Part shown: positions 1 through 10,857 of the stretch, in pieces | Numbering within the stretch: the stretch's first letter is position 1 | Layout: every line of letters begins with the position of its first letter | Source of the DNA: Anthoceros angustus | Lineage: Eukaryota > Plantae > Anthocerotophyta | DNA: 64,000 nucleotides | Assembly (NCBI GenBank): GCA_010909165.1 | Contig: VJWM01000003.1 | Coordinates: forward strand, 411,949 to 475,948 | Direction: 5' to 3' | Program-made: the position numbers and the translations under genes | Notes under the pieces: generated by a model | What the model saw: the letters and a program-made list of their open reading frames with translations, nothing else | What the model was told of the DNA's origin: nothing | Database searches by the model: none

Positions 1-70
1 CAGTAGAGAGCAGAGAACAGAGAGCAGGGAGCAGGGAGCAGAAAGCAGAAAGCAGAGCATAGCACAGCAG
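1..70. repeat. Degenerate (CAGAG/CAGGGAG)n microsatellite
   Basis: Direct reading of repeated cagag/gcagggag/gcagaaa units; the same motif occurs in the opposite orientation at ~2578-2655. Confidence 0.7.
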
Positions 71-987
71 GCTAGATGCCATGTGTGTGACATCACTCAG
101 ATACAAGCAGCCGAGTGCTGCAGGAGATGAACACGCACGCCAAGATAAGGTCTGGTGATAACAGCAGCAGGAACTCTGTCCATACGTTTCAATTTCATCT
201 CCGTAACTAGACGGGCTTATTTTACACGCTACCAGTCTTGCACGAGGAATCCAGCGTGCCTTGTGTGAAGTACAATCCAGATAATACTTCGTTAATGGCG
301 ATACTTCTAAACAGGCAGGTGCAGAGATGGCAGCTTTGCTGCAATATAGGCGGGTACAATGAGATGGTAGGAACTGATATGGGTGCTACAATCTGGCTCA
401 GCCTGCTGGTGTAGCCTAGAGATCTGAAGCCATGGCCGATTCTCACTGCATGCTCCGATGGTAGTATACCGGCAGACATGGCGCTAGTGTGATGGGTGGG
501 TGGGGAAGAAAGAATGACAGGAAGGAGGCAGGCAGGTCTACAAGTACACTAGGTAGACAAATCAATCGACCTCACCTGGATGGACTTACAGCATCCAAGT
601 GCGTTACGCCAAAGGCTTAGTCTAAAAAATGCGTCCACGGCCCAACCCGTAAGAATCATAGGAGGCTGGGTTCAGACAGCTTCAGCTGCGAGCTCATGGT
701 ATAAATGAAATAGTCAGAAGGCATAGCGGAGAATATACATCAAAACGCAGCTGGAAATTGAAAACCGTGGTAGCTGTAGGAGTCGTAGGAGTCGACTGAC
801 TGTGTAGATGATAAGAAAACGTCCACCCATCTTCCGCAGTTTCGCCATGCCGCAGCTCTAAAGCCTTTGCCTCCAAGCTGGGCTTGCATGGAAAGAATTA
901 TGTCGGAACATTCAATTCAGGTCGAGCTTGTCGGCAGCTTGATAATCTTGAACTTGTAGCACTTCTTCTTCCAGCAGGCTAGGCTCC

Positions 988-2365
988 CTATGCCCCCTGT
1001 GATGTTGTCATCGATCTCCGCGGACCGGATGAGATCTTGGCAATGTAGGCCTCTCTGTACATCGAGCGGACAAGAGGACGGCAGGAGTTGTGTTAGGAAA
1101 TTGGTACACTCATAGATGAGCATGGTGCATGATGGGGAAGATTTGAGGTGGTTGGTTGGTTGCTCACCGGGCTTCCAATCTGTCGGCGTTGGCATCTCGC
1201 GCGATCTCCGTGTAGTTGGCTTCGATCTTGTCATTGGGTCTGTTTTTGTCTGTCCATGAGGGCACCTCGATGAAGAGCCTCAAGGCCTGCACGATTTCTG
1301 ATTCATCAGCAACAGCCTTCCAGCAAGCACCACAATCTTGCTTGCAAGAAGGCTTGAGAGCAAGAGAGATGAAGAGAGAGCCGATGCCGCACCTTGATGA
1401 ATAAGGATTCGTCCAAGGTAAATCTGTGGTACATCCCGGGAGGGAGGATGATAAAGTCTCCCTTTGTGATCTTGAAACGAATCCACTGGTCATCGTAATC
1501 CCGCACGTCGAAGTAGCCTGCAGCATCCAGGAGGGAACCCACCAAATCAATCCCACATGGCTGCAAAAATTCCTGCCATCTCGGGGTCACAATCAGCGGA
1601 GACGACCGCTCACCGGTGCCTTCGAGCACGAATCTGATCTCCTCGCAGGCGTGCAGATGCTCAACAAAGAAATGGCGCACTTTGTCCTCGAACTTGTCGA
1701 TGTGGCCGGGAGCGACTGTGGCAACGTCCTGCAAAAGGACGCCACAACCCATCAGACCTGGAAGGAAGCACCCGGACGCTCCTTTGCTGCAGAGCAGAAA
1801 TCCGACACTTCCAACGTACCCAGTGCTTGTACCCGCGCTCCCTCTTGATCGTCTCCAGCAGCGGGTTGTCCAGATAGGTGTCGGCGTCCAGCTTCCAGAT
1901 GAGAATTCCCAACGCTGCAGACATGGGTGCCACGAAACCGCGTCAAGGAGGAAAGCTTTTCGCACAATCCCTGGGATTCCCGCTGCAAATCCCTGAGATC
2001 CAAGCCTGCCCGGGGCAAATCCTCACCTTGCAGATGCTCGGGAGACACCGGCCGGTTGGGGCAGAATTGGTGCCGGGTGGTCTGATCCTCGCTCCCCTCG
2101 GGATTGTAAAACCACGCCTCGGTGTCAGCCTGCTTTCAAGCACCCCGACATCAAATTCCGCACCATCTCCGCACAACCCACAACTTCCAAACGCAACAGT
2201 CCTTGCAGCCAGACCAAGCAAAGCAAAGCAAACAAGCGAAACCGAGGTCCCGGACGCAGCCCAGCGCCGCATTTCGGGTCCTGGAACCCGCCAGGGCGGA
2301 ATGCGAGGCAGGAGGGGAGCAGAATGCATCCAAGCAGGCAAACCCACCATCGGAATCTGCTCCAT
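988..2365 (-). CDS. ARD: Acireductone dioxygenase (methionine salvage / Yang cycle, MtnD/ADI1 family), multi-exon
   Basis: Exons joined by hand at GT-AG sites give ...TEAWFYNPEGSEDQTTRHQ...LGILIWKLDADTYLDNPLLETIKRERGY...[55 protein letters not shown]...ALRLFIEVPSWT...EAREAYIAK...QGA*. The cupin metal ligands H-x-H-x3-E and the downstream H (GMYH) are intact. The first exon (ATG ~2365) is less certain. Confidence 0.93.
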
Positions 2366-2577
2366 AGTTGCGGTCCCGAGCTGCGCTGCAGCAAGGCGGA
2401 ACAAGCTCCTGGTGGGCTGCAGCAGAAGCGGAACAATCTCCTAGTGGGCGATTGCAGGACGAGGAGGAGGGAGGACTGGAGCGGGATTTGGAAAGAGACA
2501 GAGGCGACAGATGCAGCAGAGGTGGAGGGTGTCAGAAGGTGCTGGCGTCCCGAAGGGAGGGTGGAGCACGTCGCCTC

Positions 2578-2655
2578 TGCTGTGCTCTGCTGTGCTCTGC
2601 TCTGCGCTGCTCTGCTCTGCTCTGCGCTGCGCTGCTCCGGTCTGGTCTGCGCTGC
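2578..2655. repeat. (CTCTG/CTGTG/CTGCG)n pentamer microsatellite
   Basis: Directly visible ctctgctgtgctctgctgtgctctgctctgcgctgctctgctctgctctg. Confidence 0.8.
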
Positions 2656-2877
2656 CTCTGAGCCGAGACGAGGGCACGAGGCGAGATATATAGGGTGGGC
2701 CGGGAGCTGGGCCTCAGAAGCTAGGAGCTGGCCTCGGAAGCAAAGAGCAGGCCTCGGGGGCGGGAGGAGAGAGGCAGCAGACTGGAGTCACTACAACACT
2801 GGGCTGGTCCAGGCCCGTCCGGTCCGGTCTGGGGGGCGTGCGTCGCTGTGGAGAGCGGCAGCGGCCCACCCAGCTCG

Positions 2878-2990
2878 TGGAAGGAAGGCGGGAAGGAAGA
2901 AAGGAAGGATTCGGAAGGAAGGAGGGGAGGAGGGAAGGAGGGAAGGGAGGATTGGAAGGATTGGAAGAAAGGGAGTGGAGATGGAGTCGG
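2878..2990. repeat. (GGAA/GGAG)n purine-rich low-complexity tract upstream of ARD
   Basis: Directly visible; followed by (GGGCCT)n at ~3133-3158. Confidence 0.75.
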
Positions 2991-4379
2991 CGAGGTGGGT
3001 CGGGCGGAAATGGAAGCAGGTGCGACAGGGAGTGTCCAGGGAGTGTCCAGGGCAGTCCAATCCGCCGGGAGGCCGGGCGGGGCTGGACCAATGTGGGAGG
3101 AGATAGATGGGTGACTGTGAGCTGCGCGAGGGGGCCTGGGCCTGGGCCTGGGCCTGGGGGAAGCGGAAGCGAACCGAACAAGCAAGCGCTGGCCAACGCC
3201 TGCAGCGGGCACCCGCACCCGCACCGGGACAAAGACAAAAGGCATGAAACGAAATGGAGGCCTGCGATGCGCGCGTGCTTATGGCACACAGCCCACGATT
3301 TCATTTTCATTTTCGCCTTCCTCTTCCTTTTTACAACACACGCCCGCCTACCAGCGCGCAACATCCTGCCAATGCCATCCATCCTCCCACGCTTCACCCC
3401 GTTTTCGTTTTACCCTACCGCCCACAAATAGGCCCTTACCGCACACCGCCATGATTGTTGTTTTTAGCAACTCCGCATATGCCAGCCTCCATCGCACCAC
3501 ATACGATTTCAAACTCCAACGACGCCGCTCTTCCTTCTTTCCTCTCCAGCCTTGAGCAGGGGAGCTTGAAGTACTACTGCCCAACATCCACCTCCTTCTC
3601 GCTGAGATTTGTCCTCCCACATCCCCCACAGCCCAACAGCAGATCCCCCGCAGCCCAACATCAGATCCCCCACAGCCCACCAGCAGATTCCCCACAGCCC
3701 AGCATCTGGAAGCAAGGGAAAATCAATCACCAATCAACCCTCCTTCCTTCCTTGCCGCCCGCTTGCTTCCGTCCATGCTGCCGTGCTTGCTCGTGGCTTG
3801 TTTTTGGCCGGTCCGGTTGGTCGTGACTGTGTGCCGGCCGGGCGGGGGGCCATCACCATTTCCTAAAATATCACGCCACGCTTGCTTTGCTGCTGCGCCC
3901 ACGCTTGATTCCCTTCTTATTGTCCATTTACTGCCCCAAAATCCTTGCCTCTTTGGACTTTGATGCCCAATACCTGGTTGGACCCAACCCACATATTCTC
4001 ATTCCATGGCTCGGATCCGCCTCGCGTTCCCTCGCGTTCCCTCGTGCTCCCGCTGGTTTTGTTGTGTTGTGTAGCCGTAGGGGTTTCCTACTCACCAAGT
4101 TTCTATTCCATGTGGTATGTCACATGCTTGTATGTTGGCCAGGTGTGTGCCAAATAATGGGGTTTCTAATGTGGAGAGAATGCTACATGGAATGTGGCTT
4201 TTGTTGGGTAGACGGTCTGTATGTTTTCTCTTTTTCACTCTGGATTGTACTCGAGAGAAGCTATACACAAACAATAAAATGGCTCTTCAAAGAGGACTGT
4301 AGAAGTAGTATCGTGTACACATCCAAGTGAGAGTATCTTTGACCATTATTGTTGTACATATTTCAAACGGATGTGATGT

Positions 4380-5190
4380 AAGTATCTTGTCAGTCTAGTT
4401 TTGGATACAAAAGTTTTGGATGTCAGCATGAAAGTTGCACAAAGCTGTTCGAACCATAGGACATATTATGGTGCTATGAGTTTAGGACTAACGGTAGGTT
4501 TCTTGTCAGTCTAAGACCACGTAGAAAGGATAGGTGTGATGCAAAAGTTTTGAATGTCAGCGTGAGAAAGTTGCACAAAGCTCAAAGGACATACTACGGT
4601 GCTACGATGCTATGGCAAGCTTGCAAATATAAAAGATGCTAACTAGGAGTGTAGGACTAGGGCAGGAGCATATAGATTTGACGACAGGCTTGCATATGAA
4701 AGAGAAAGGTGAAAGATGTTGGCAGTGTAGGACTTTGTCAAGAGGATAGATTTGACGGCAAGCTTGCAGATGTAAGAAAAAGATGAGAGATGTTAGCAGT
4801 GTAGGACTTTGCCAGGAGGATAGATTTGACGGCAAGCTTGTACAAGTAAGAGAAAGATGAGAGATGCTAGCAATGTTGGACTATGGCAGGAGGATAGATT
4901 TGACGGCAAGCTTGCATATGTACGAGAGAGATAAACATATGGCTGGATTTGTTACATACTGCACGGTAGGCATATGTACGAGAAAGATAAACGTAATGTT
5001 GGATTTGTTACGTACTGCATGATAAGCATATGTGCGAGAAAGATAAACATATGGTTGGATTTGTTACATCTTGCAGTAGGCATATGTACGAGAAAGATAA
5101 ACGTAATGTTGGATTTGTTACGTACTGCATGATAAGCATATGTGCGAGAAAGATAAACATATGGTTGGATTTGTTACATACTGCACATTA
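4380..5190. repeat. Nested degenerate tandem repeats
   Basis: The gtcagtcta...aaagttttg..tgtcagc..gaaagttgcacaaagct block occurs twice. gatagatttgacggcaagcttg occurs 4 times (~4670-4915). Alternating ~57-59 bp gagaaagataaac...ggatttgttac units span ~4920-5185. Confidence 0.8.
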
Positions 5191-5240
5191 GGTCTAGGTC
5201 TAGCACGAGAGAAAGAGCTACAAGTTCAATTTCCAATGAC

Positions 5241-5635
5241 CTAGCTATGTACATATCACTTTTCTTTGTGAAGCATGACTTAGCTATATACATATCACTT
5301 TTCTTTGTGAAGGAATACTTTGCCTGAGATAATTGACTAATTGGACATAACTATTTATCTACACATGATAATTATTATAATACTAAGAGATATTAGACTA
5401 TATATCCAATAAGCTTCACATTCAATAAACTTGTGTGACACACACCCGTCTCTTCCTCCCCATAGTACCCGCTACTTATCAAGGTCTCCACTTTCACTAC
5501 TTATCAAGGTTTCAAATACCCCACACACGTCTCTTCCTCCCCATAGTACCTACTACTTATCAAGGTTTCAAATTCTCAACGTTCCTAGATCCCAGAGCTA
5601 GTGTGTTCAAAGATCCCTGAGCTAGTGTGTTCAAT
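5241..5635. repeat. Three separate short tandem duplications
   Basis: tagctat..acatatcacttttctttgtgaag x2; cacac.cgtctcttcctccccatagtacc..ctacttatcaaggt x2; ccc.gagctagtgtgttcaa x2. Confidence 0.75.
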
Positions 5636-6974
5636 CTCCGTGAGTGAGATATTCTATTCAAGCTCCACTCTCTTTTGGCATTGTACTCAAAGTTCCATGC
5701 AGTACTTAGATACGCTAAAGGAACAAGAGGATAAGAAACAACCTGAAACTGATGCAGGGACAGCAAGCTTGACGGGAGGTGTGACAAAACGAGGGAGGCA
5801 TGTTACAGAAGCAATTATTGACACCGTTTTTAGAGTGCAAAATAAGATACCACATAGAAAGGGCACCATGTCGGCACTGATTACGTTAGCGAGTGTGGTA
5901 TCAGGGGGGCCAAGCGCAGTCTGGGCTGCCTCTTGTGGTACCGGCAGGGATGTACTTCCTGGCTGCAGGCAGCAGGCTGCAGGCTGCAGCCAGGAAAGCC
6001 CTAAACCCTAGTCAGAATTTCAGAAATGCCCACCTGGGCTCCAGGCCTGCTCTGTGACCATGTGCTGCGCCCGAGGTGGGTCCTGGAACCAGGAATGTGA
6101 GTAGCACGAAGCTGTTTTTGTATGCATTTCCATGGTGGCCCTTTCTTCACAGCGTGTCACACGAGGCGCCTGCAGACAAAACGGCGCCGAGGACGGATGA
6201 ATCCAACACAACCCACAAACACCCACCAAAAACCCATTTCAGTTTTTCACCTCGACCGCTGCTGCACGTCGTTCCTGTCATGCTCGATCCTAGATGAACT
6301 CGACTCGGCTGATGAAACGGGTGTGGTCTGTGCGAGTCCCGAGGCATCGATGCTTGGGTGGCCATGTGCACATCATGGTTCGCCCAGGTTCCATGGTCCC
6401 ATTGCTCCACAGATACTTCGCCACGGTTAACGGATTTGCATCCAGCTCCGGCATACCGTTGCGCGACGGTTAAGGCAATGGGATATAAAATATTTATGTC
6501 TTATAAATTATTAAAAAAATCCCTCTTCAGTAGGACAACGATACAGGACGACGATCATGGTGCAACCCCCATATCCAACAAGAGGAAAGGACACTGAGTA
6601 CACTACAAAATGACAAAATTGCAGCTTCATGCCATGATCTACAAGAATAACTTATAGCTAGGACAAAATTAAACTTTTTATCTCAATTCTTCCTTGCTCT
6701 TTATCACTTTGATGCTTGGCAGAGGTAGACCTTCCTCCACGAGTTTGTACAAAATGTTCATGAATAAATTATAATAGGACTAATAAAAATAAAATATTTA
6801 ATTATTATATACGGTAGAGTTATTGTACATAACAATGATCATGCATGATAGTGAATATATTCAGAACATTATATATCAAGTCAAAAATATCTTTTTATCA
6901 TTCACATAACATCGACGGGCTGGATTATTTGTATTTAATTGTGTGTGTAGTTGAAATGATTATTTTGTGTGTGT

Positions 6975-7065
6975 AGTTGAATTGCTCCTTGTACTATGAC
7001 CCTAGGTGGTCTCCCATTGATGTTCGCTCTGGGATGGGTTCTCCCCATCATCTCCTCCCCTCAAG
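6975..7065 (+). mobile_element. Isolated 3' end of the CRE-like non-LTR retrotransposon family
   Basis: ttgctc...gaccctaggtggtctcccattgatg...GATGGGttctcCCCATC...cccctcaa aligns by eye with the 3' UTRs of the copies at ~9.5 kb and ~20.2 kb. Confidence 0.6.
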
Positions 7066-7178
7066 AAAGATCGAGCTTGAAGTGGTTACCTATTTGTGCA
7101 TTAAAAGTGTTAGCATACAGTTTTGTAACATTGATTATTTATATTTTCTTTAATGTTTGTGTTGTGTTTGACCCCGTA

Positions 7179-7551
7179 TGCCTTTGAAACATTAGGTTCC
7201 TGGTAATCACAAGAAGTGCCTTTGAAACATTAGGTTCCTGGTAATCACAAGAAGTGCCTTTGAAACATTAGGTTCTGGTAATCACAAGAAGTGCCTTTGA
7301 AACATTAGGTTCCCGGTAATCACAAGAAGTGCCTTTGAAACATTAGGTTCTGGTAATCACAAGAAGTGCCTTTGAAACATTAGGTTCACGTAATCACAAG
7401 AAGTGCCTTTGAAACATTAGGTTCTGGTAATCACAAGAAGTGCCTTTGAAACATTGTTCCTGGTAATCACAAGAAGTGCCTTTGAAACATTGTTCCTGGT
7501 AATCACAAGAAGTGCCTTTGAAACATTAGGTTCCTGGTAATCACAAGAAGG
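7179..7551. repeat. Minisatellite, ~10 head-to-tail copies of a 36-38 bp unit
   Basis: The unit tgcctttgaaacattaggttcctggtaatcacaagaag repeats with 1-2 nt indels and no spacers. Confidence 0.95.
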
Positions 7552-7950
7552 TGGTGCACAGGATGTTGGTGGTAAGGAAGAGGCGATTATGGGAAGATTG
7601 TGGCGTACTCCCGGACTACGTTGACGCTGTCAAAGGTCAAGACAGCCTGGAAAATGTTGAGGTGCCATTCCTCCACTTTGACAAGACAGCCTGGAAAATG
7701 TTGAGGTGCCATTCCTCCACATGCTTCTCCGCCTCCTCCAGCCACGGGTCAAGACAGCCTGGAAAATGTCGAGGTGCCATTCCTCCACATGTTCTCCGCC
7801 TCCTCCAGCCACGGGTCAAGACAGCCTGGAAAATGTCGAGGTGCCATTCCTCCACATGCTTCTCCGCCTCCTCCAGCCACGGACCGAAGTCTGGGTAGGG
7901 CTTGGTGACGATGTTGCGCTCCACCAAGCGCCATGGCTCCCACACCTCCG
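7552..7950 (-). mobile_element. Fragment of an unclassified dispersed coding repeat (TE-derived) with an internal ~69-bp tandem expansion
   Basis: Reads EVWEPWRLVERNIVTKPYPDFGPWLEEAEKHVEEWHLDIFQAVLT..., with the PWLEEAEKHVEEWHLDIFQAVLT unit repeated ~3.5 times. It is homologous at the nucleotide level to ~63600-63760. Confidence 0.55.
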
Positions 7951-8521
7951 CGTGCTCATCATTTTACACTACTTACATATATAGCAAATACGAACGCTAC
8001 AATCAAATGGCTTGGGGGCGGAGGATTGGAGCCTTGTTTATTGATGTTATGTCACCTGGATAATTCAACTCCATTTCAATTGATGGGTACTAAGATGGAC
8101 TTTTTTGTTTCTTACAAGAGAGGTCTAGAATGTTATGAGATGTCAATTCTAGTCTCTAGTTAGGGGATGTGAGTTTCCCTAGAGTCTTTGGTATTCAACA
8201 TAAAATATTCCACAGGAGATCTAATATATTATTTTATTATATAATAATATATACCATAATTCTTGAACGAGACACAGAGACGAGACAAAATATGTAGAAC
8301 CCCAACAAGGGAGAAAAATGATGGCACCCGCTGCCTGCATGACAATCTCTTCAAAGAGATCGCCGAATGGGAATGGACGAGAGAAGAGCTGCTGCTGCCG
8401 GTGCTCCTGCTCTGGCGGTGTGGTAAATTTTATGGAGACTTCGGGAAATGTGCTGCGCATGGCAAGCTAGGCCTACGGACATGCGGGGCGCGGGGAAAGA
8501 TAGCGGAACGTGTGGAGAGCA

Positions 8522-8556
8522 GGCATGCGGCATGCGGCATGCAGCATGCGGCATGC
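8522..8556. promoter_or_regulatory. Five tandem GCATGC (RY-like) motifs at 7-bp period; G-box GACACGTGT nearby at ~9096
   Basis: ggcatgcggcatgcggcatgcagcatgcggcatgc is directly visible. Function is inferred only. Confidence 0.35.
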
Positions 8557-9514
8557 GGCGGGCGCAGGCATGACATCATACTCGTACGGCAGCATTGCAT
8601 GGTAAGCGACACCGCACAGTTTCACGCTCGGTTGCACGCCCGGTGGCGCTCCCCAGTTTCACCGTTTTACCAAGGCCCAAAAAGAGGGCAAAGTCTGCAA
8701 ACCGGGGCGCAACGGACAACATTATCCGGCGGGCGTGGGCAACCACCTGAGCCAAAAACGGATGGCACCTTTTGGGGCGACCGGCCGCCGGCAGTGCCAC
8801 TTCCCCCGTCCCTTTTCCCCCTTTCTCCCTTTGCCCCTTGCCCCTTCCATGCCGGAAATAGGCTACCTAATCATGCCCCGTCCCGCCGTAATCGGGCCAG
8901 AGCCCGTTCCGTCCACGGTCCGCGCTGCTGGCCGGAGCGGAGGCGGGGCCGGGGCCGCGACCGGGGCCCACCACCCGCTCCACCCGCTCCGGGCACCGGG
9001 CAGCCGGGCAGCCGGGCAGACGGGCAGACGGGCAGCCCGGCTGCTCGGTGGGGCCCACCACTGGCCATGTGAGGTGTCGGCATCCTCCTGGCGTGGACAC
9101 GTGTTGTCTCTCACAAGGCGGCCATGTCAACGCACGTCACGTTAAAGCGGGAGGCGTGGCCCTGGCGGCGCTACCGGGCTGGGCTGCCTTCCTCCGCACA
9201 TTCCGTTTCTCTATTTTTGTGCCTCATTTATTTTGCTTCTGCCCCTACCCCTCCCTTTTCCCCTTTTGTCCAACAACTGGTATCCCTATTTCTGGGGTGT
9301 GACAACATTTCCTAGATACCCCTGTCCATGGACCTGTCTATTCCTTGGTGGATGGCTTCATCGACTTCATCCCATTTCATAGACGTGATATATCTTTAAA
9401 TTTTTATTTTCTATTTTAAGTTTAGTTATCTTTTATTCTAGCATACCAGTAGGGGCTGTTTGCGAGGGAGGGCGGATGACTCCTCTAACCAAATAACACT
9501 TGAATGAGAGGACT

Positions 9515-10425
9515 TAATTGAGGGAAAATTTTGATGGGAAAAGCCCATCTTGTAGAGGACAACCAAGGGGGACCAAAGGGTCGAAGTAGAAAGGAACAAC
9601 TAAGCTCCCTACCGGAATTCACCGACTACGCCTACGATGTTGCATGCGGGAAGAGTAAACGGCCTACAAACTATGGGGAAAGAGGAGGATGCATCAATTT
9701 GTAGATTATCGCCGTAGAGAGGGCCCATTGAAGAGCAATAGAGGCTCTCTGTTTGAAGAATGCCATAAAGTAAGAAAGGCATAGCCCCGCATTGTGCTTG
9801 CGGGCATGATAAGCCTTGCCGTAGGTCTCAATAAATGTATCAAAATCCTTAGCCAATGCCCCATACGTCTCAAGGGCGAGCCGAATGAATTGGTGGCCCG
9901 CTTACATCCTGCTACAGTTCTTGACTTTGAGAGCCCAACCTGAACAGTTATTGATAACCTGAGCAAAGATAGTGTCATGTGCCAGGTCAATGACCACCAT
10001 GTGTACCACCGAAACCTAATCACCACGGCCGAGGTACAAGTCAGCCTTGATTGACCAACCTATACGAAGAGAGTACCCCCACTCCCTTCAAGCCATGTAG
10101 CCAATTTCACGAGCTATGGCAAACATGACATCGCGGATGGCATGCAAAGATGGTGTCATGCGCCAGGTCAACGACCACCATGTGCACCACTGAAACCTAA
10201 TCACCACGGACGAGGTACAGGTCAGCCTTGATTGACCGACCTATACGAAAAGTGTACCCCCACTCCCTTCAGGCCCTGTAGCCAATTTTAGGAGCTATGG
10301 CAAACATGACATTGCGGATGGCATCATGGTGGCGATGTGATGATGCCTATGGGGGCAACGAGCAAAGTGTATCCCGGAGTCATTGAAGGTAGAGCCACAC
10401 TCGCAGGTTAGGAGGGAAGAAGCCA
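9515..10425 (-). mobile_element. 5'-truncated, decayed CRE-like (restriction-like endonuclease) non-LTR retrotransposon, copy A
   Basis: Frameshifted reading: CECGSTFND.GIHFARCP..HIATHDAIRNVMFAIA (CCHC knuckle), then AYHARKHNAGLCLSYFMAFFKQRASIALQWAL (RLE C-terminus), then the 3' hairpin GATGGGcttttCCCATC. Contains an internal ~180-bp tandem duplication (~9970-10325). Confidence 0.75.
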
Positions 10426-10623
10426 CTTCCCCCACCTATACAAATTAATAGTCATTATAACTTATTCTATATTTTGTGATATCAAACCTTATAAAAATAT
10501 TTATAAATAATATGTAAGGAACCAGGCACACAAGTTAGCTATGTACTTTCAAAGACTCCGGACCATGTAAGGAGATATGGAGCAGGCTACTTGTCTCCTA
10601 TTTTCCAAGTGTTCTCTCAGCGC

Positions 10624-10857
10624 TGGGTGCCCATTGCCCTCCATACGAAGGGCACTCACTGGGGCTATCTTATGGGCGGCAGTCATTGAAATACATTCCG
10701 AACTGATTCAGTAATTTGTAGGCCATTCAATCTCCCTGGTGGGTGCCCATTGTCCTTCAAAGGAAGGGCACTTGTTGGGGCTATCTTATGGGCGGCAGTC
10801 ATTGAGATACATTCCGGACTGATACATTCAGTAATTTGTAGGCCATTCAATCTCCCT
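10624..10857. repeat. ~115-bp tandem duplication
   Basis: gggtgcccattg.cc...ggggctatcttatgggcggcagtcattga.atacattccg.actga...gtaatttgtaggccattcaatctccct occurs twice. Confidence 0.85.

Noticed and set aside
222-876. Minus-strand ORFs downstream of ARD as a fused domain
   Set aside because: ARD terminates at ~988 after the EAYIAK exon, and these ORFs show no recognisable motifs.
2324-3431. Long ORFs (260, 227 and 197 aa) upstream of ARD
   Set aside because: They translate microsatellite and GA-rich low-complexity promoter DNA.
5896-5906. tggtatcagg resembling a tRNA-Met primer-binding site
   Set aside because: The match is partial, is not preceded by an LTR-ending CA, and has no gag/pol downstream.
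7179-7551. 36-38 bp repeat array resembling CRISPR repeat length
   Set aside because: The units are head-to-tail with no unique spacers, there are no cas genes, and the context is eukaryotic; it is a minisatellite.
8263-9145. 269-aa and overlapping GC-rich ORFs
   Set aside because: No recognisable motifs; open frames are expected at this GC content and with these simple repeats.
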